Assembly: GCA_029762535.1 (NCBI GenBank)
Contig: JARVGK010000045.1
Location: 1 to 20,893 of the forward strand
From: Thermoplasmatota archaeon
Lineage (GTDB): Archaea > Thermoplasmatota > Penumbrarchaeia > Penumbrarchaeales > Penumbrarchaeaceae
Direction: 5' to 3'
DNA: 20,893 nt
The notes under the pieces were generated by a model. That model worked only from the letters and a program-made list of their open reading frames with translations. It searched no databases and was not told where the DNA came from. This document shows, piece by piece, positions 8,627-18,100 of the stretch. Each line of letters starts with the position of its first letter. The first letter of the stretch is position 1. The position numbers were made by a program, and so were the translations under genes.

Positions 8627-8634
8627 TTATTATA
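8627..8634 (+). promoter_or_regulatory. Putative TATA box of the 8657-14165 operon
   Basis: TTATTATA about 23 nt upstream of the ATG at 8657. No Shine-Dalgarno site, consistent with a leaderless first gene. Confidence 0.5.
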
Positions 8635-8656
8635 GGGTCATAGGTTTTTTTCCACA

Positions 8657-9103
8657 ATGAGAGCATGTGATGCGGGATCCATATCTCCTGTCGGAGACCT
8701 TTTCGCCTTCGGCATATGCATCGTCATGGTCTTGTCCCTGTCCAGCCTGGTGCCCCTCCTGGCCGGAGATGGCCCGGGAGATGAAGGACTTCCACCCAGG
8801 ACCCTCTCGGCGTTACTCGCGTGGAGGGGCTGGGACCGCAACGGCGACGGCGTCCTGGAATCGGAGAGCCTCAGGGAGATAGTCCATTTGGATGGATACA
8901 GCTCCCCTTTCGAGGACGATCTCGCAGTTTTCGTAACCTACGCCCAGGAGAGATACGGATTCCAATTCCATGAGGGCTATTGTCGTCCGTTAGAAGGCCA
9001 GGAGGTTTACGGCATCCTCCATTCCCTCTGCGTTTTGGTCGAGGAAAATGGCGAATACCATCCCGGTACGATGACCGTCGGAAGAGGCGGTGGTCCTCGA
9101 TGA
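8657..9103 (+). CDS. Small exported/membrane protein, possibly pilin-like (148 aa)
   Basis: Short leader (MRACDAG) followed by a hydrophobic helix (LFAFGICIVMVLSLSSLVPLL). Contains a DRNGDGVLESE loop. Stop overlaps the next start (ATGA). Confidence 0.7.
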   Translation: MRACDAGSISPVGDLFAFGICIVMVLSLSSLVPLLAGDGPGDEGLPPRTLSALLAWRGWDRNGDGVLESESLREIVHLDGYSSPFEDDLAVFVTYAQERYGFQFHEGYCRPLEGQEVYGILHSLCVLVEENGEYHPGTMTVGRGGGPR

Positions 9104-9588
9104 GGCCCCTTCTCCGGTGCAGGAAGGGCATGGAGACGCCCGTGTCGATGATCTTGTTGATAACTGCCTCGATATTGGCGGCCTCGGTACTCGCACATCA
9201 CATGCCGGAGGAGAAAGGCGAGGACATATACGGCATAAGGCAGGTCCAGGCCAGGTCCGTTGCCCAGACCATACTCCACTACAGGGATCCGGACGGTATG
9301 ATGTTCAAGGACATGATCGAGGAAGACCTTCATCTGATATCCGTGGATGGTAGGGTCGTCTTTCTCGAAGGGACATCGGACGGCAGAACGGACGTCCTGG
9401 CCGCGATCATCGCATCCACTCCCGATGATATGATCGTGTCCGTCCGAATATCATCTGAGGAGAACCCTGCCCCGGGCCTGAGCGGGGAAAGGGTCGCATA
9501 CTCCGCAGCGCTTTCGGAGAAGCTGCATCTCACGGTCACGATCTCCATGCACAGGGGATCGATGTCGTATGGAGGCGAAGACGCATGA
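9100..9588 (+). CDS. Putative type IV pilin-like protein with class III signal peptide (162 aa)
   Basis: The ATG at 9100 overlaps the upstream TGA. Basic leader MRPLLRCRKG followed by hydrophobic METPVSMILLITASILAASVLA. C-terminal beta strand LTVTI. Confidence 0.65.
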   Translation: MRPLLRCRKGMETPVSMILLITASILAASVLAHHMPEEKGEDIYGIRQVQARSVAQTILHYRDPDGMMFKDMIEEDLHLISVDGRVVFLEGTSDGRTDVLAAIIASTPDDMIVSVRISSEENPAPGLSGERVAYSAALSEKLHLTVTISMHRGSMSYGGEDA

Positions 9589-12500
9589 GGCGGCATGGGA
9601 TCGCATATGATACTCGGGGCAAGGAGGCCTTCGCCTATCTTGCGGTGATACTTCTACTTCTCACAACGGCCTCTTTTGTATACTTCCAGCATCTGAACAG
9701 GAGCGTCGATAGCGACCTTAAGAGCGTTCAGGACGTACTTGCCCTATCGGCGAGAGCTGACGACATCTGCCTCGACATCAGGTCCCTGATACTCTCCGAG
9801 CACGATGTTCTGGTCGATTCCGCATCATCATATCTTAAGCCGGGGGACAGGCTCGACGCCGCGGTCGAATCGGCCCTTTACGAGCGGCTCAACTCGACTA
9901 TCAGGGAAAGATCCACCGTCCTCGGGCCCAAAGGATCGGAGTGGGAGTTGGCCCAAATTCAAGTGGAGTGCGTTCCGATCTTTGCCGGGGTCCCGGGGCC
10001 GGTACCTCAGGTCTCCGAGGAGAGCCCGAACGGGACCGGATCCACCTCGATGGCCGACAGATGTGAGGTGATGGGGGTCGACTCCAACATCGAGGCCCTA
10101 CTTCGTTTCTCCTCGATGGACAATTCGGCATCCCTGGAGAGAAAGGTCATAGTGGAGACCTCCCGCCGCTCCCTTGCAAACATGGCCGTTGCGAGAACGG
10201 ACAGGCTTCGTTCGGAGATCGAGGGGGGCGAGATGGACCGCCTGGTGTCCTACATGATAACCACCTATGCCCAGCAGAAGGCCATGCTTGGCTACGGACG
10301 CCCTCCCGAGGACATGGGTGCCGATCACAGAGGTCCGCTTCTGAGAGAGGAGGAGATCGGGCTGATAATGGACCTCGCCGCGGGGATGATATCCGGTACC
10401 CAGCTCCTCGGATACGATGAGGCCTTCATGGACGGCATATCTTCTGAGATCGATGTACTGGAGCTCTCCGACGGCAGGGGGGCGAGCCTCAATGAGACAC
10501 TCTCGGGCGGGGACGACGCGTTCGATCCCTCGACGGTTTTGATGCTCACCACCGGTTTCATGAGCGAAGGGGACCTCCCCAGCGCCGATGAGCTCTTGAG
10601 GCCGATAATAGAGGGCCTCATGGAGCGCCTGGTCGAGAGGCTGCTGTCGTATACGGGGTTAGAGGACATGTACATCGATGGGCTGGGATCGTACTTCCAG
10701 GTGATGGACCTGGCCAACGAGGCCGTATCCTCCGGCCTGGAAACATTGTTGGGATCGAGGCTGGTCGAAGAGGGGTCCCTCACGGCATACGAGATCTTCC
10801 TTCTAATGCTGGAGGAGGGGGGATACGATGTCACAGAGGGGTTCTCGCTGATGAGGAGGTCCCATCCGGCCATCAACGGCGGTAAAGTGGAAGGATACCC
10901 ACTAATCGACATGCCCGACATCGAAGGGACGTTCGAGGTATACGTCAGCGTGGACGATCCGGACCACATCTATTATCTGGATGGCGAGGGTAATTTGCAT
11001 CTCGGGTCCGAGTACAGGACGCCTGAGGACGTTTACGCGGGGCATCTATGCAAGATATACGAGGTGGACGCATCCTTCAGCAGGGCGCCCGCGGAATGCC
11101 CACTGGAGGAGGTCTTTCCCTGGGACGATGATGCTTTCAGGTTCGAGCTTATGCAGGTGCTGTCGGGAGAGATGGACCCCTCCGTCGTATCCGCTTTGAA
11201 CGAGGTCAAGGCCATGGGCCGCCAGGCCCTCATGGCCGCCATGAACAGGACTCTGCAGTTCCTCTCGAGCGAGGAGGATGTATGGGAGGGGATGATAAAA
11301 GGTTGGAACGTTTCGAACCCTCCTTCGATATCCGACGATAGGCCCCCAATCCTCCAGCTGATGAGCATGAACATGGAGGCCATGGAGGGTTTCATGGACC
11401 TTCTGGGGGTCGAACTGGTGTCCCTTTTAAAGGAGATCGGTTACGAACACGGTCTTGGTTCGCTGCAGTATGAACAGGGCAGGGCGCTGGCGGGATGGCT
11501 CAACGAGAGCTATCTTCGCTGGGTCGGGTCCAACGAGCAGATGTCAAGGGCGTTTCATACCAGCATACAGGACTTCCGCGACCTGTGCATGGTCGATGTC
11601 TTCGACATACGTGAGGCAGGCTCCGGGGTCGAGAAGGACAGGAAGATACTCTTCCCGTATGACGGCATAGATGACATCGACGGCATCGCCTCCAACTGGG
11701 CGGGCCTTGCCTACTGGGGTCTGAAGGACTGGGACGAGGATTGGCTGCCGGACAGGGTGGGTGCGGACCTCTCGGTCCGGATCAGGGATGCTGTCGAGGA
11801 GTGCAGGCGCAGGGAGGTGTATCCCGGAGGCGCCGTTTCGAACGCGTTGATCTCCTCCGGGACGAGAGGCGGCCTGCACATCGATCTCACGAAGGTCCCA
11901 TCCCGGCTGCTAGATTGCACATTGGACAGCCTGCTCTCCATGTTCGATGACGTTAGCGCCCCTTATCATCTGACCGGAATGAGGTCCATGCTGCCAAGCG
12001 TCGATCTTTTCAATGGAACGATCCAGCCGTCCGTATGGGAAGGAGAGGGATCGGCGATGCCTCCCTTTGCGCCGCGGACGAAGCTTAAGGTATTCGGCCC
12101 GACGAGCATCGTCATCGGGGGCCGCACCGGCATAAAGGACACGGACGTCAATTCCAACGGGACACCGTACAGGACGTTCTACGAGATATCCCTGGACCGT
12201 TCATATGGTATAACTTATGACCTCAATGGTGATCTCTATCCAAATAACGCCTCCGCCCGGACCATGGCCGCCGTATCGCTGAACATGATCCTGGAGATCG
12301 ACACGGCATGGCCCATGCACGGATGCGAATACGATCCTACAAGGACGCTGAAGGACGATATGATCGACCAATCCGAGGCTGCGTCGAGGGACATACTGTC
12401 GCTTTTGATGGACTCCTCGTCCGGATTGATGGGGGATTCCCTATCCTCCCTGTCGGAGATCCCCCCTCTGGTAATGGACCTGATGAACGGAAAGGACCTG

Positions 12501-14165
12501 GACCTGGGCGAGATCGCCAGGGTGATGACCAACGTCACGCTGGATATCACATCCACCGTAAGGGAGGGGGTCAAGTCCCTTGTGAAGGAATTCGTGGAAG
12601 GAGGGCTCAGCGCCGCCATATTCGCGCTGCTCGATCTTCTGGGCATCGATGCGCTGCATCTGACGCTGCCCGTGGGACCGGCGATCTTCAAGCTCAGCTC
12701 CGAAACGAAGGCTCTCAAGGGCGGGAACGGAAGCATACTGATAGCGAAGGCGGACATACCAGGGATCGGGCTCTCGGCGGTGATGGGGCTCAAGAGGGCG
12801 GGGAACGCGAGCGTGGTGTTCAACGCCACCGTGGAGATCGATAACGGCCCTCTCTATCTGAGGATAGAGCTGGACCCGTTCATGGAGCATCGCTCGAGCA
12901 TATTCACGCTGGAGGGCATCTTCAGGGCTGCGGGTGAGGACATACGCATATCTCTCAAGGCCCCGGAGCTCGTTCAGTACAGGAGCGCGGAGGTTTCGCT
13001 CAAGTCCACGCTGGGGATCGAGCCTTCGGTGTTCATACCTCCGATAGGTGTGTCCGTTTTCTTCAATGCGGGCTTCAGGATCAATTACCTGCAGCCCGAT
13101 GAGCTCGGGCCGAAGATAAACGAGGTCGGGTTTACGGGTGATAACATATCGGACCTGGAACTCTACAATCCTCAAAGGGTCGCCGTGGGCGGATACACTC
13201 TCGAGGTGGGGAACGATCTCGGGATCGCTTTCAGCCACAGGCTCACCTCATCCTCTGAAGCGTTGATACACTTCAGGCTGGGACCGGACACACTCAATTC
13301 CCACCTGTTATCTCTGGATGCCGAAAGCGATTATGTGATCCGGCTCCGGGACGCATCGGGCGAGGTGCTGGATGCCGTCGAGTTGACGGGGGTGAGGAGG
13401 GGATGGTACTCGAGGGACGCGGACGGCTACGGCGTTTTCAGGTGGGGGAATGGCACCCCGGGGGAGACGAACTCGGAGATGGTATTCACCTCCTTCTCCA
13501 TGCTGTTGTTGTCCATCGTAATGGCATCGATAAAGGAGGCGTGGTCCGAGGCCTATGCATTGTATGGGATAAGCTTCGACACGCTGGTGTATTTCATACA
13601 GAGGGCGCTGGACCTCTTCGTGGAGAGGATATGCGGGGCGATCGCCGAGCTCGTCCTTGATGTGAGGATGTTCCTGAGCATGAAGATCGCTCTGGGCGCA
13701 GGGGTTTCCGCAGGGATCGGGTTGGAACTGTCATTCTTAGCGGAAGGGGAGGCCGTGGCGCGTTTCCTCATGTGGGTATACGAGAACATCAAGGTCCTGA
13801 TAGGGAATATATTCCATCCCGAGGGTGCGGGCGATTACGTGGCGTTCCCCATGGAGATCCTGACCATGTGCCACGTGGAGCTGAGGATCTATACCGAGGT
13901 GGATACGCCTCCGGCCCTTTCGAAGATGGCATCTCCCGGCGTCGAGATCCCCTCCACCCTGACCCTGGCCGTCGCCGGGCGTTTCAACATCGCGCTCCCG
14001 ATGAAGCTTTTGGGTAAAGATATCGGGAGCTGGAAAGTGTCTTTGGGCATCTACGTCATGGAGGCTCCGTCCGCTATCGTGTCGATGCTCTACGACGTGA
14101 CATCCCTGGATTGCAAGTATGACCTGTGGCTTCTGAGAGCTTCCGTATGGAGCGAGCCTAAGTGA
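9585..14165 (+). CDS. Very large (1526 aa) pilin-like exported protein containing a lamin-tail domain
   Basis: ATGA-coupled start. Leader MRRHGIAYDTRG followed by hydrophobic AFAYLAVILLLTTASFVYF. LTD-like motifs KINEV...DLELYNP...VGGYTL...IRLRDASGEVLDAV...GTPGETN at about 13110-13475. Confidence 0.8.
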   Translation: MRRHGIAYDTRGKEAFAYLAVILLLLTTASFVYFQHLNRSVDSDLKSVQDVLALSARADDICLDIRSLILSEHDVLVDSASSYLKPGDRLDAAVESALYERLNSTIRERSTVLGPKGSEWELAQIQVECVPIFAGVPGPVPQVSEESPNGTGSTSMADRCEVMGVDSNIEALLRFSSMDNSASLERKVIVETSRRSLANMAVARTDRLRSEIEGGEMDRLVSYMITTYAQQKAMLGYGRPPEDMGADHRGPLLREEEIGLIMDLAAGMISGTQLLGYDEAFMDGISSEIDVLELSDGRGASLNETLSGGDDAFDPSTVLMLTTGFMSEGDLPSADELLRPIIEGLMERLVERLLSYTGLEDMYIDGLGSYFQVMDLANEAVSSGLETLLGSRLVEEGSLTAYEIFLLMLEEGGYDVTEGFSLMRRSHPAINGGKVEGYPLIDMPDIEGTFEVYVSVDDPDHIYYLDGEGNLHLGSEYRTPEDVYAGHLCKIYEVDASFSRAPAECPLEEVFPWDDDAFRFELMQVLSGEMDPSVVSALNEVKAMGRQALMAAMNRTLQFLSSEEDVWEGMIKGWNVSNPPSISDDRPPILQLMSMNMEAMEGFMDLLGVELVSLLKEIGYEHGLGSLQYEQGRALAGWLNESYLRWVGSNEQMSRAFHTSIQDFRDLCMVDVFDIREAGSGVEKDRKILFPYDGIDDIDGIASNWAGLAYWGLKDWDEDWLPDRVGADLSVRIRDAVEECRRREVYPGGAVSNALISSGTRGGLHIDLTKVPSRLLDCTLDSLLSMFDDVSAPYHLTGMRSMLPSVDLFNGTIQPSVWEGEGSAMPPFAPRTKLKVFGPTSIVIGGRTGIKDTDVNSNGTPYRTFYEISLDRSYGITYDLNGDLYPNNASARTMAAVSLNMILEIDTAWPMHGCEYDPTRTLKDDMIDQSEAASRDILSLLMDSSSGLMGDSLSSLSEIPPLVMDLMNGKDLDLGEIARVMTNVTLDITSTVREGVKSLVKEFVEGGLSAAIFALLDLLGIDALHLTLPVGPAIFKLSSETKALKGGNGSILIAKADIPGIGLSAVMGLKRAGNASVVFNATVEIDNGPLYLRIELDPFMEHRSSIFTLEGIFRAAGEDIRISLKAPELVQYRSAEVSLKSTLGIEPSVFIPPIGVSVFFNAGFRINYLQPDELGPKINEVGFTGDNISDLELYNPQRVAVGGYTLEVGNDLGIAFSHRLTSSSEALIHFRLGPDTLNSHLLSLDAESDYVIRLRDASGEVLDAVELTGVRRGWYSRDADGYGVFRWGNGTPGETNSEMVFTSFSMLLLSIVMASIKEAWSEAYALYGISFDTLVYFIQRALDLFVERICGAIAELVLDVRMFLSMKIALGAGVSAGIGLELSFLAEGEAVARFLMWVYENIKVLIGNIFHPEGAGDYVAFPMEILTMCHVELRIYTEVDTPPALSKMASPGVEIPSTLTLAVAGRFNIALPMKLLGKDIGSWKVSLGIYVMEAPSAIVSMLYDVTSLDCKYDLWLLRASVWSEPK

Positions 14166-14940
14166 TGGTCTTTGAAAGGACCATATCCTCTCCTTGAATG
14201 CAGGCTCTCCTCGTGAGCTTGAGGGACCCTCCATTGGGGATCGGTCCCGGATCCCTTCGAATTTCCCACGACGGCGGGAGGGCCACTATCGATCCGCACG
14301 ATCCGGAGAGCGTATTGAAGTCCCAATTGACGAGGACCATCCGCTGGCCCAGGGACCCTCCGTTTTCCATTGTGAATGTGAAGGTCTCATCGAAACCGAT
14401 AGGGGGCAGTCCTCCGTCCGAGATGAACGCTTCGAGCTGTCCTGTGTCCGGGGCGGGACCTTCGGGATGAACGAACGATAATACGCTGGCGTTGACCTCG
14501 ATCCCCTCGACGACGAGCCTCGATGGCGTCCGTATTGAGAAGCCATTTACCATGCCCTTCAGTTCGGCAAGGGATCCCTCCTCCATCGCGGAAGCGGGAG
14601 GGAAAGCGGGTATGATGTCGTTCCTCTTCGTGACGATCTCCCTGCCCCCTTTCCAGTCGATGTAGATGAGGGAGGGGAGGACGTGGATCGTGTAATGCTC
14701 CCCGCCCAGGGTCGGGGAGAATGACAGTGCGCCGTCGGGATCCTCTCCGAAGGAGAGGACGATTCTGGAATTGGATGTCGAGGCAGAGGCGAGAATAGAG
14801 GATAGGTGGGAGGCGAGATCCCGCGCGCTTTTTTCCTCCCGGACCCCTCTCATCGCTAGAAGAGCCCCTGCAAAGACCCCTCCGAGTATCAGCACGCCAA
14901 TTATGAGCCCGATCCTGAATTGGATGTTTCCGATCTCCAT
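14158..14940 (-). CDS. N-terminally anchored membrane protein, possibly pilin-associated (260 aa)
   Basis: TM helix (IGLIIGVLILGGVFAGALL), an amphipathic helix, then SPTLGGEHYTIHV, similar to the P-x-x-[IL]-x-G-x-x-Y-x-I pattern I recall from archaeal pilin-like proteins. Convergent, 8-nt overlap with the 1526-aa gene. Confidence 0.7.
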   Translation of the reverse strand: MEIGNIQFRIGLIIGVLILGGVFAGALLAMRGVREEKSARDLASHLSSILASASTSNSRIVLSFGEDPDGALSFSPTLGGEHYTIHVLPSLIYIDWKGGREIVTKRNDIIPAFPPASAMEEGSLAELKGMVNGFSIRTPSRLVVEGIEVNASVLSFVHPEGPAPDTGQLEAFISDGGLPPIGFDETFTFTMENGGSLGQRMVLVNWDFNTLSGSCGSIVALPPSWEIRRDPGPIPNGGSLKLTRRACIQGEDMVLSKTIT

Positions 14941-15197
14941 CTCCGGAAGGAGGGATCCCCTTGGTTGATAACTTTTTCCTCGTTCTTATTGAAGTAAAAG
15001 AGTAACGGGGGCGCTTTTACACATGTTTACAATATTCTTATATAATCGCAAGAGGCCTGTACTTTCCAATGGGTATGGCAGAGGAGTCCGAAATAGCCCT
15101 ATTATGCGCTTTGATCGGGATATTATTCTCAATGACCCGCATAAGAGAGCTATAGGATATCCTTGGCCAATGATAGAGGGAAAGGAGCTTAGTTAGC

Positions 15198-18100
15198 ATG
15201 GGACGTATGAAAGCCATATCGATCTATATTGCCTCAATTATCTTGTTCTGCCCCCTTGTAGTTATGAACGTGAGCGAATCCGAGGCATGGGGATATAGCT
15301 TCGGGGGCGGATCCGGGACGAAGGGGGATCCCTACATCATCGAAGATGTGTGGGATCTTCAGAACATGAGCAGGGATCTAAGCGCCCACTATGTTCTCGG
15401 GAACGATATCAACGCTTCCGATACGATCAATTGGAACTCCGGGGCGGGATTCGATCCCATTGGGAAGGCAAACTCACCTTTCATTGGAAGCCTTGATGGG
15501 AAGAACCATACCATATCTGGATTATTCATAGATTCTCCAAATACTGACTATTATGGCCTGTTTGGATACACTGGTTCCGGGGCTTCGGTAAAATGCATAA
15601 GTATTGTCGATCAGGTTATTAAAGGGAGCAAATATGTGGGGGCGATTGTTGGATGGAATGAAAAAGGCCTCATATCAGACTGCTTTGTTACTAGAACTAA
15701 GATGGATAAATTTTCTTATCTTGGAGGAATAGTTGGATACAACCTCGAAGGCATAATTTTAAATTGCACTTATCAGGGAATTGTTAAGGGGTATGCATAT
15801 TCCATGGAATCTCATGTTGGTGGTATAGTAGGTAATAATGTCAATGGTATGATCTCAAACTGCAATATGATTGGAAATGTAACCGGAAGTTATTATGTAG
15901 GCGGTATCTTAGGATACAATGATGGTTTTGTCTCAAACTGTAATATGAATGGAAGTGTGAAGGGTAGCCAGTTTGTGGGCGGAATAATTGGAGCCGATGT
16001 TGGTACAATTGAGAATTGCCATTCCTCAGCTATTGTTATAGGATTTAGGAACGTCGGTGGTCTTATCGGATGGAAAAAGGGCACTATGTCCAATTGTTAT
16101 TCGACGGGAAATCTTAATGTAAGCGATAGTTGTGTAGGCGGTCTGATAGGAACTTTAAATCAAGGTATTGTTTCGAACTGTTGGGCAACAGGGAAAGTGT
16201 TCTCTCGCGGATATTATATTGGAGGTTTGGTCGGAAGCAATTATGGTAGACTATCAAACTGTCATTCTTCTTGTAATATTAGCGGATCCAAGGAGGTCGG
16301 CGGATTGGTAGGACGAAACGGAGGAAGGATATCCGACTGCTATTTGATGGGTAGTGTGACCGGAAGCACATCAGTTGGCGGGCTCGTAGGATACAATTAT
16401 GGTAAGTTATCCAACTCGCATTACAACATTGAATCGATATCGATTAACAACGGGATAATCCTCACGATAGGTGGCCTTTTCGAAGATCAATACAAGGATT
16501 GGCTATCCAACGACCTTACTTTAGATATAAACGATTACGAATCTTCGCTGGCATTGTACGATGGATATTATCATATCGATAACATTCAAGGTATCAGAGA
16601 TATGTTGGGATTCTCTGACGTCGAAGGTTATCGGTTCCGTTTCTCTCAAGATATAGATCTATCAAGCGAACCGGGTTTATACCTTCCATATTTTGGAGCA
16701 TCGGAATTGGATGGCAACAATCATACTATAACCAACTTAAGCCTTGATCTTTCATTTGTTTCGAATATTGGTATGGTCGGCTATAATAATCATGGCATAA
16801 TAAAGAACCTCCGAATAATCAATAACAATGTCTCGGGATATGAGAATGTCGGTGGATTGTTAGGATATAACAACAACGGTGATGTATTTAACTGCTATGC
16901 ATCTGGAACCGTTAATAGTATATTTGAGAATACAGGCGGTCTGGTGGGATTAAGCAGTGGTATGATATCTGATTGTTTCACTAATGTAAATATCAGTGGA
17001 ACAGATATTAATATCGGTGGTCTTGCGGGAAAAAACAATGGAAAGATATTCAACTGTCAAATAAAAGCAGACGTTAATGGGACTTTCTCGGTCGGTGGGC
17101 TATTAGGATTAAACGAAGGAATTGTTTCAAATTGCATATTTACAGGTAATGTAAGTGGAACTTCATCAACCATCGGTGGATTGGTGGGTGGTAATCAAGG
17201 GAAAATATCCAACAGCTACGCTAAGGGAAATATTAGTGGAAGATACTCTATAGGAGGACTTGTAGGTTATAATAACATTGAAAATGGAGAAATATCTAAT
17301 TGCAACTCTATGGGGAATGCAGTTGGTGTTATGGCAGTTGGTGGTCTTGTCGGTACCAATGAGGGTTCAGTAGTAATGAGTGTAGCTAAGGGAAATATTA
17401 GCGGAAAAGAGTATGTTGGTGGTTTCGTTGGGAGTCAAGCGGGATCAATATTCAATTGTTATTCAACAGGGAGTGTGACCAGGGTTTCTGGTAATTATAC
17501 CAGCTTTGGAGGATTTGCTGGAATAAATATTAGAAAGATAATAAATTGTTATTCGAGCGGAAGAGTGATTTATGATAATGAAGAGGATCCAAGGGATAAG
17601 GGTTTTGTCGGAAGCGTTAATACAAAAAAAGAATACGAGATGAGAGGGAATTTCTGGGATAATGAGACCAGTCATCAAACGACCACATCCGGTGAAGCTA
17701 TCGGAATGAACACGACCATGATGAAGACGAGGAAAATGTTCACCGATGCGGGTTGGGATCTCAGAAATGTCTGGTGTATGATAGAAAAGGAAACCTATCC
17801 CTTTCTTCGCTGGCAGGATACGAAGACCCCCATCGCAAATGCCGGTCCTGATCTGATCGTTGATGAAGGCACCTTTGTAGTATTTGATGGTAGCGGGAGT
17901 TATGACGATATGGGTATAGCGGATTATTTATGGAGTTTTATCGATAACAAACCTGTTACTTTGTATGGAGTCAAACCTGCGTATCAGTTCAACAATCCTG
18001 GGTTTTTCATAATCACATTAAATGTTCAGGATGCAGTGGATACTTGGGGATCTGATACGATGAGAGTTACTGTTTTGGACATATCCCCGCCATCAGCGAA

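Noticed and set aside
8980-9099. Longer 202-aa start for the second pilin-like gene
   Set aside because: It overlaps the upstream gene by more than 120 nt. The ATGA-coupled start at 9100 gives a clean signal peptide.
15700-17530. Regularly recurring GGTGG/GGAGG motifs as a CRISPR array or DGR repeat
   Set aside because: They are degenerate codons of GLUG protein repeats. There are no identical DNA repeats with spacers, no adenine-specific template/variable pair and no reverse transcriptase.
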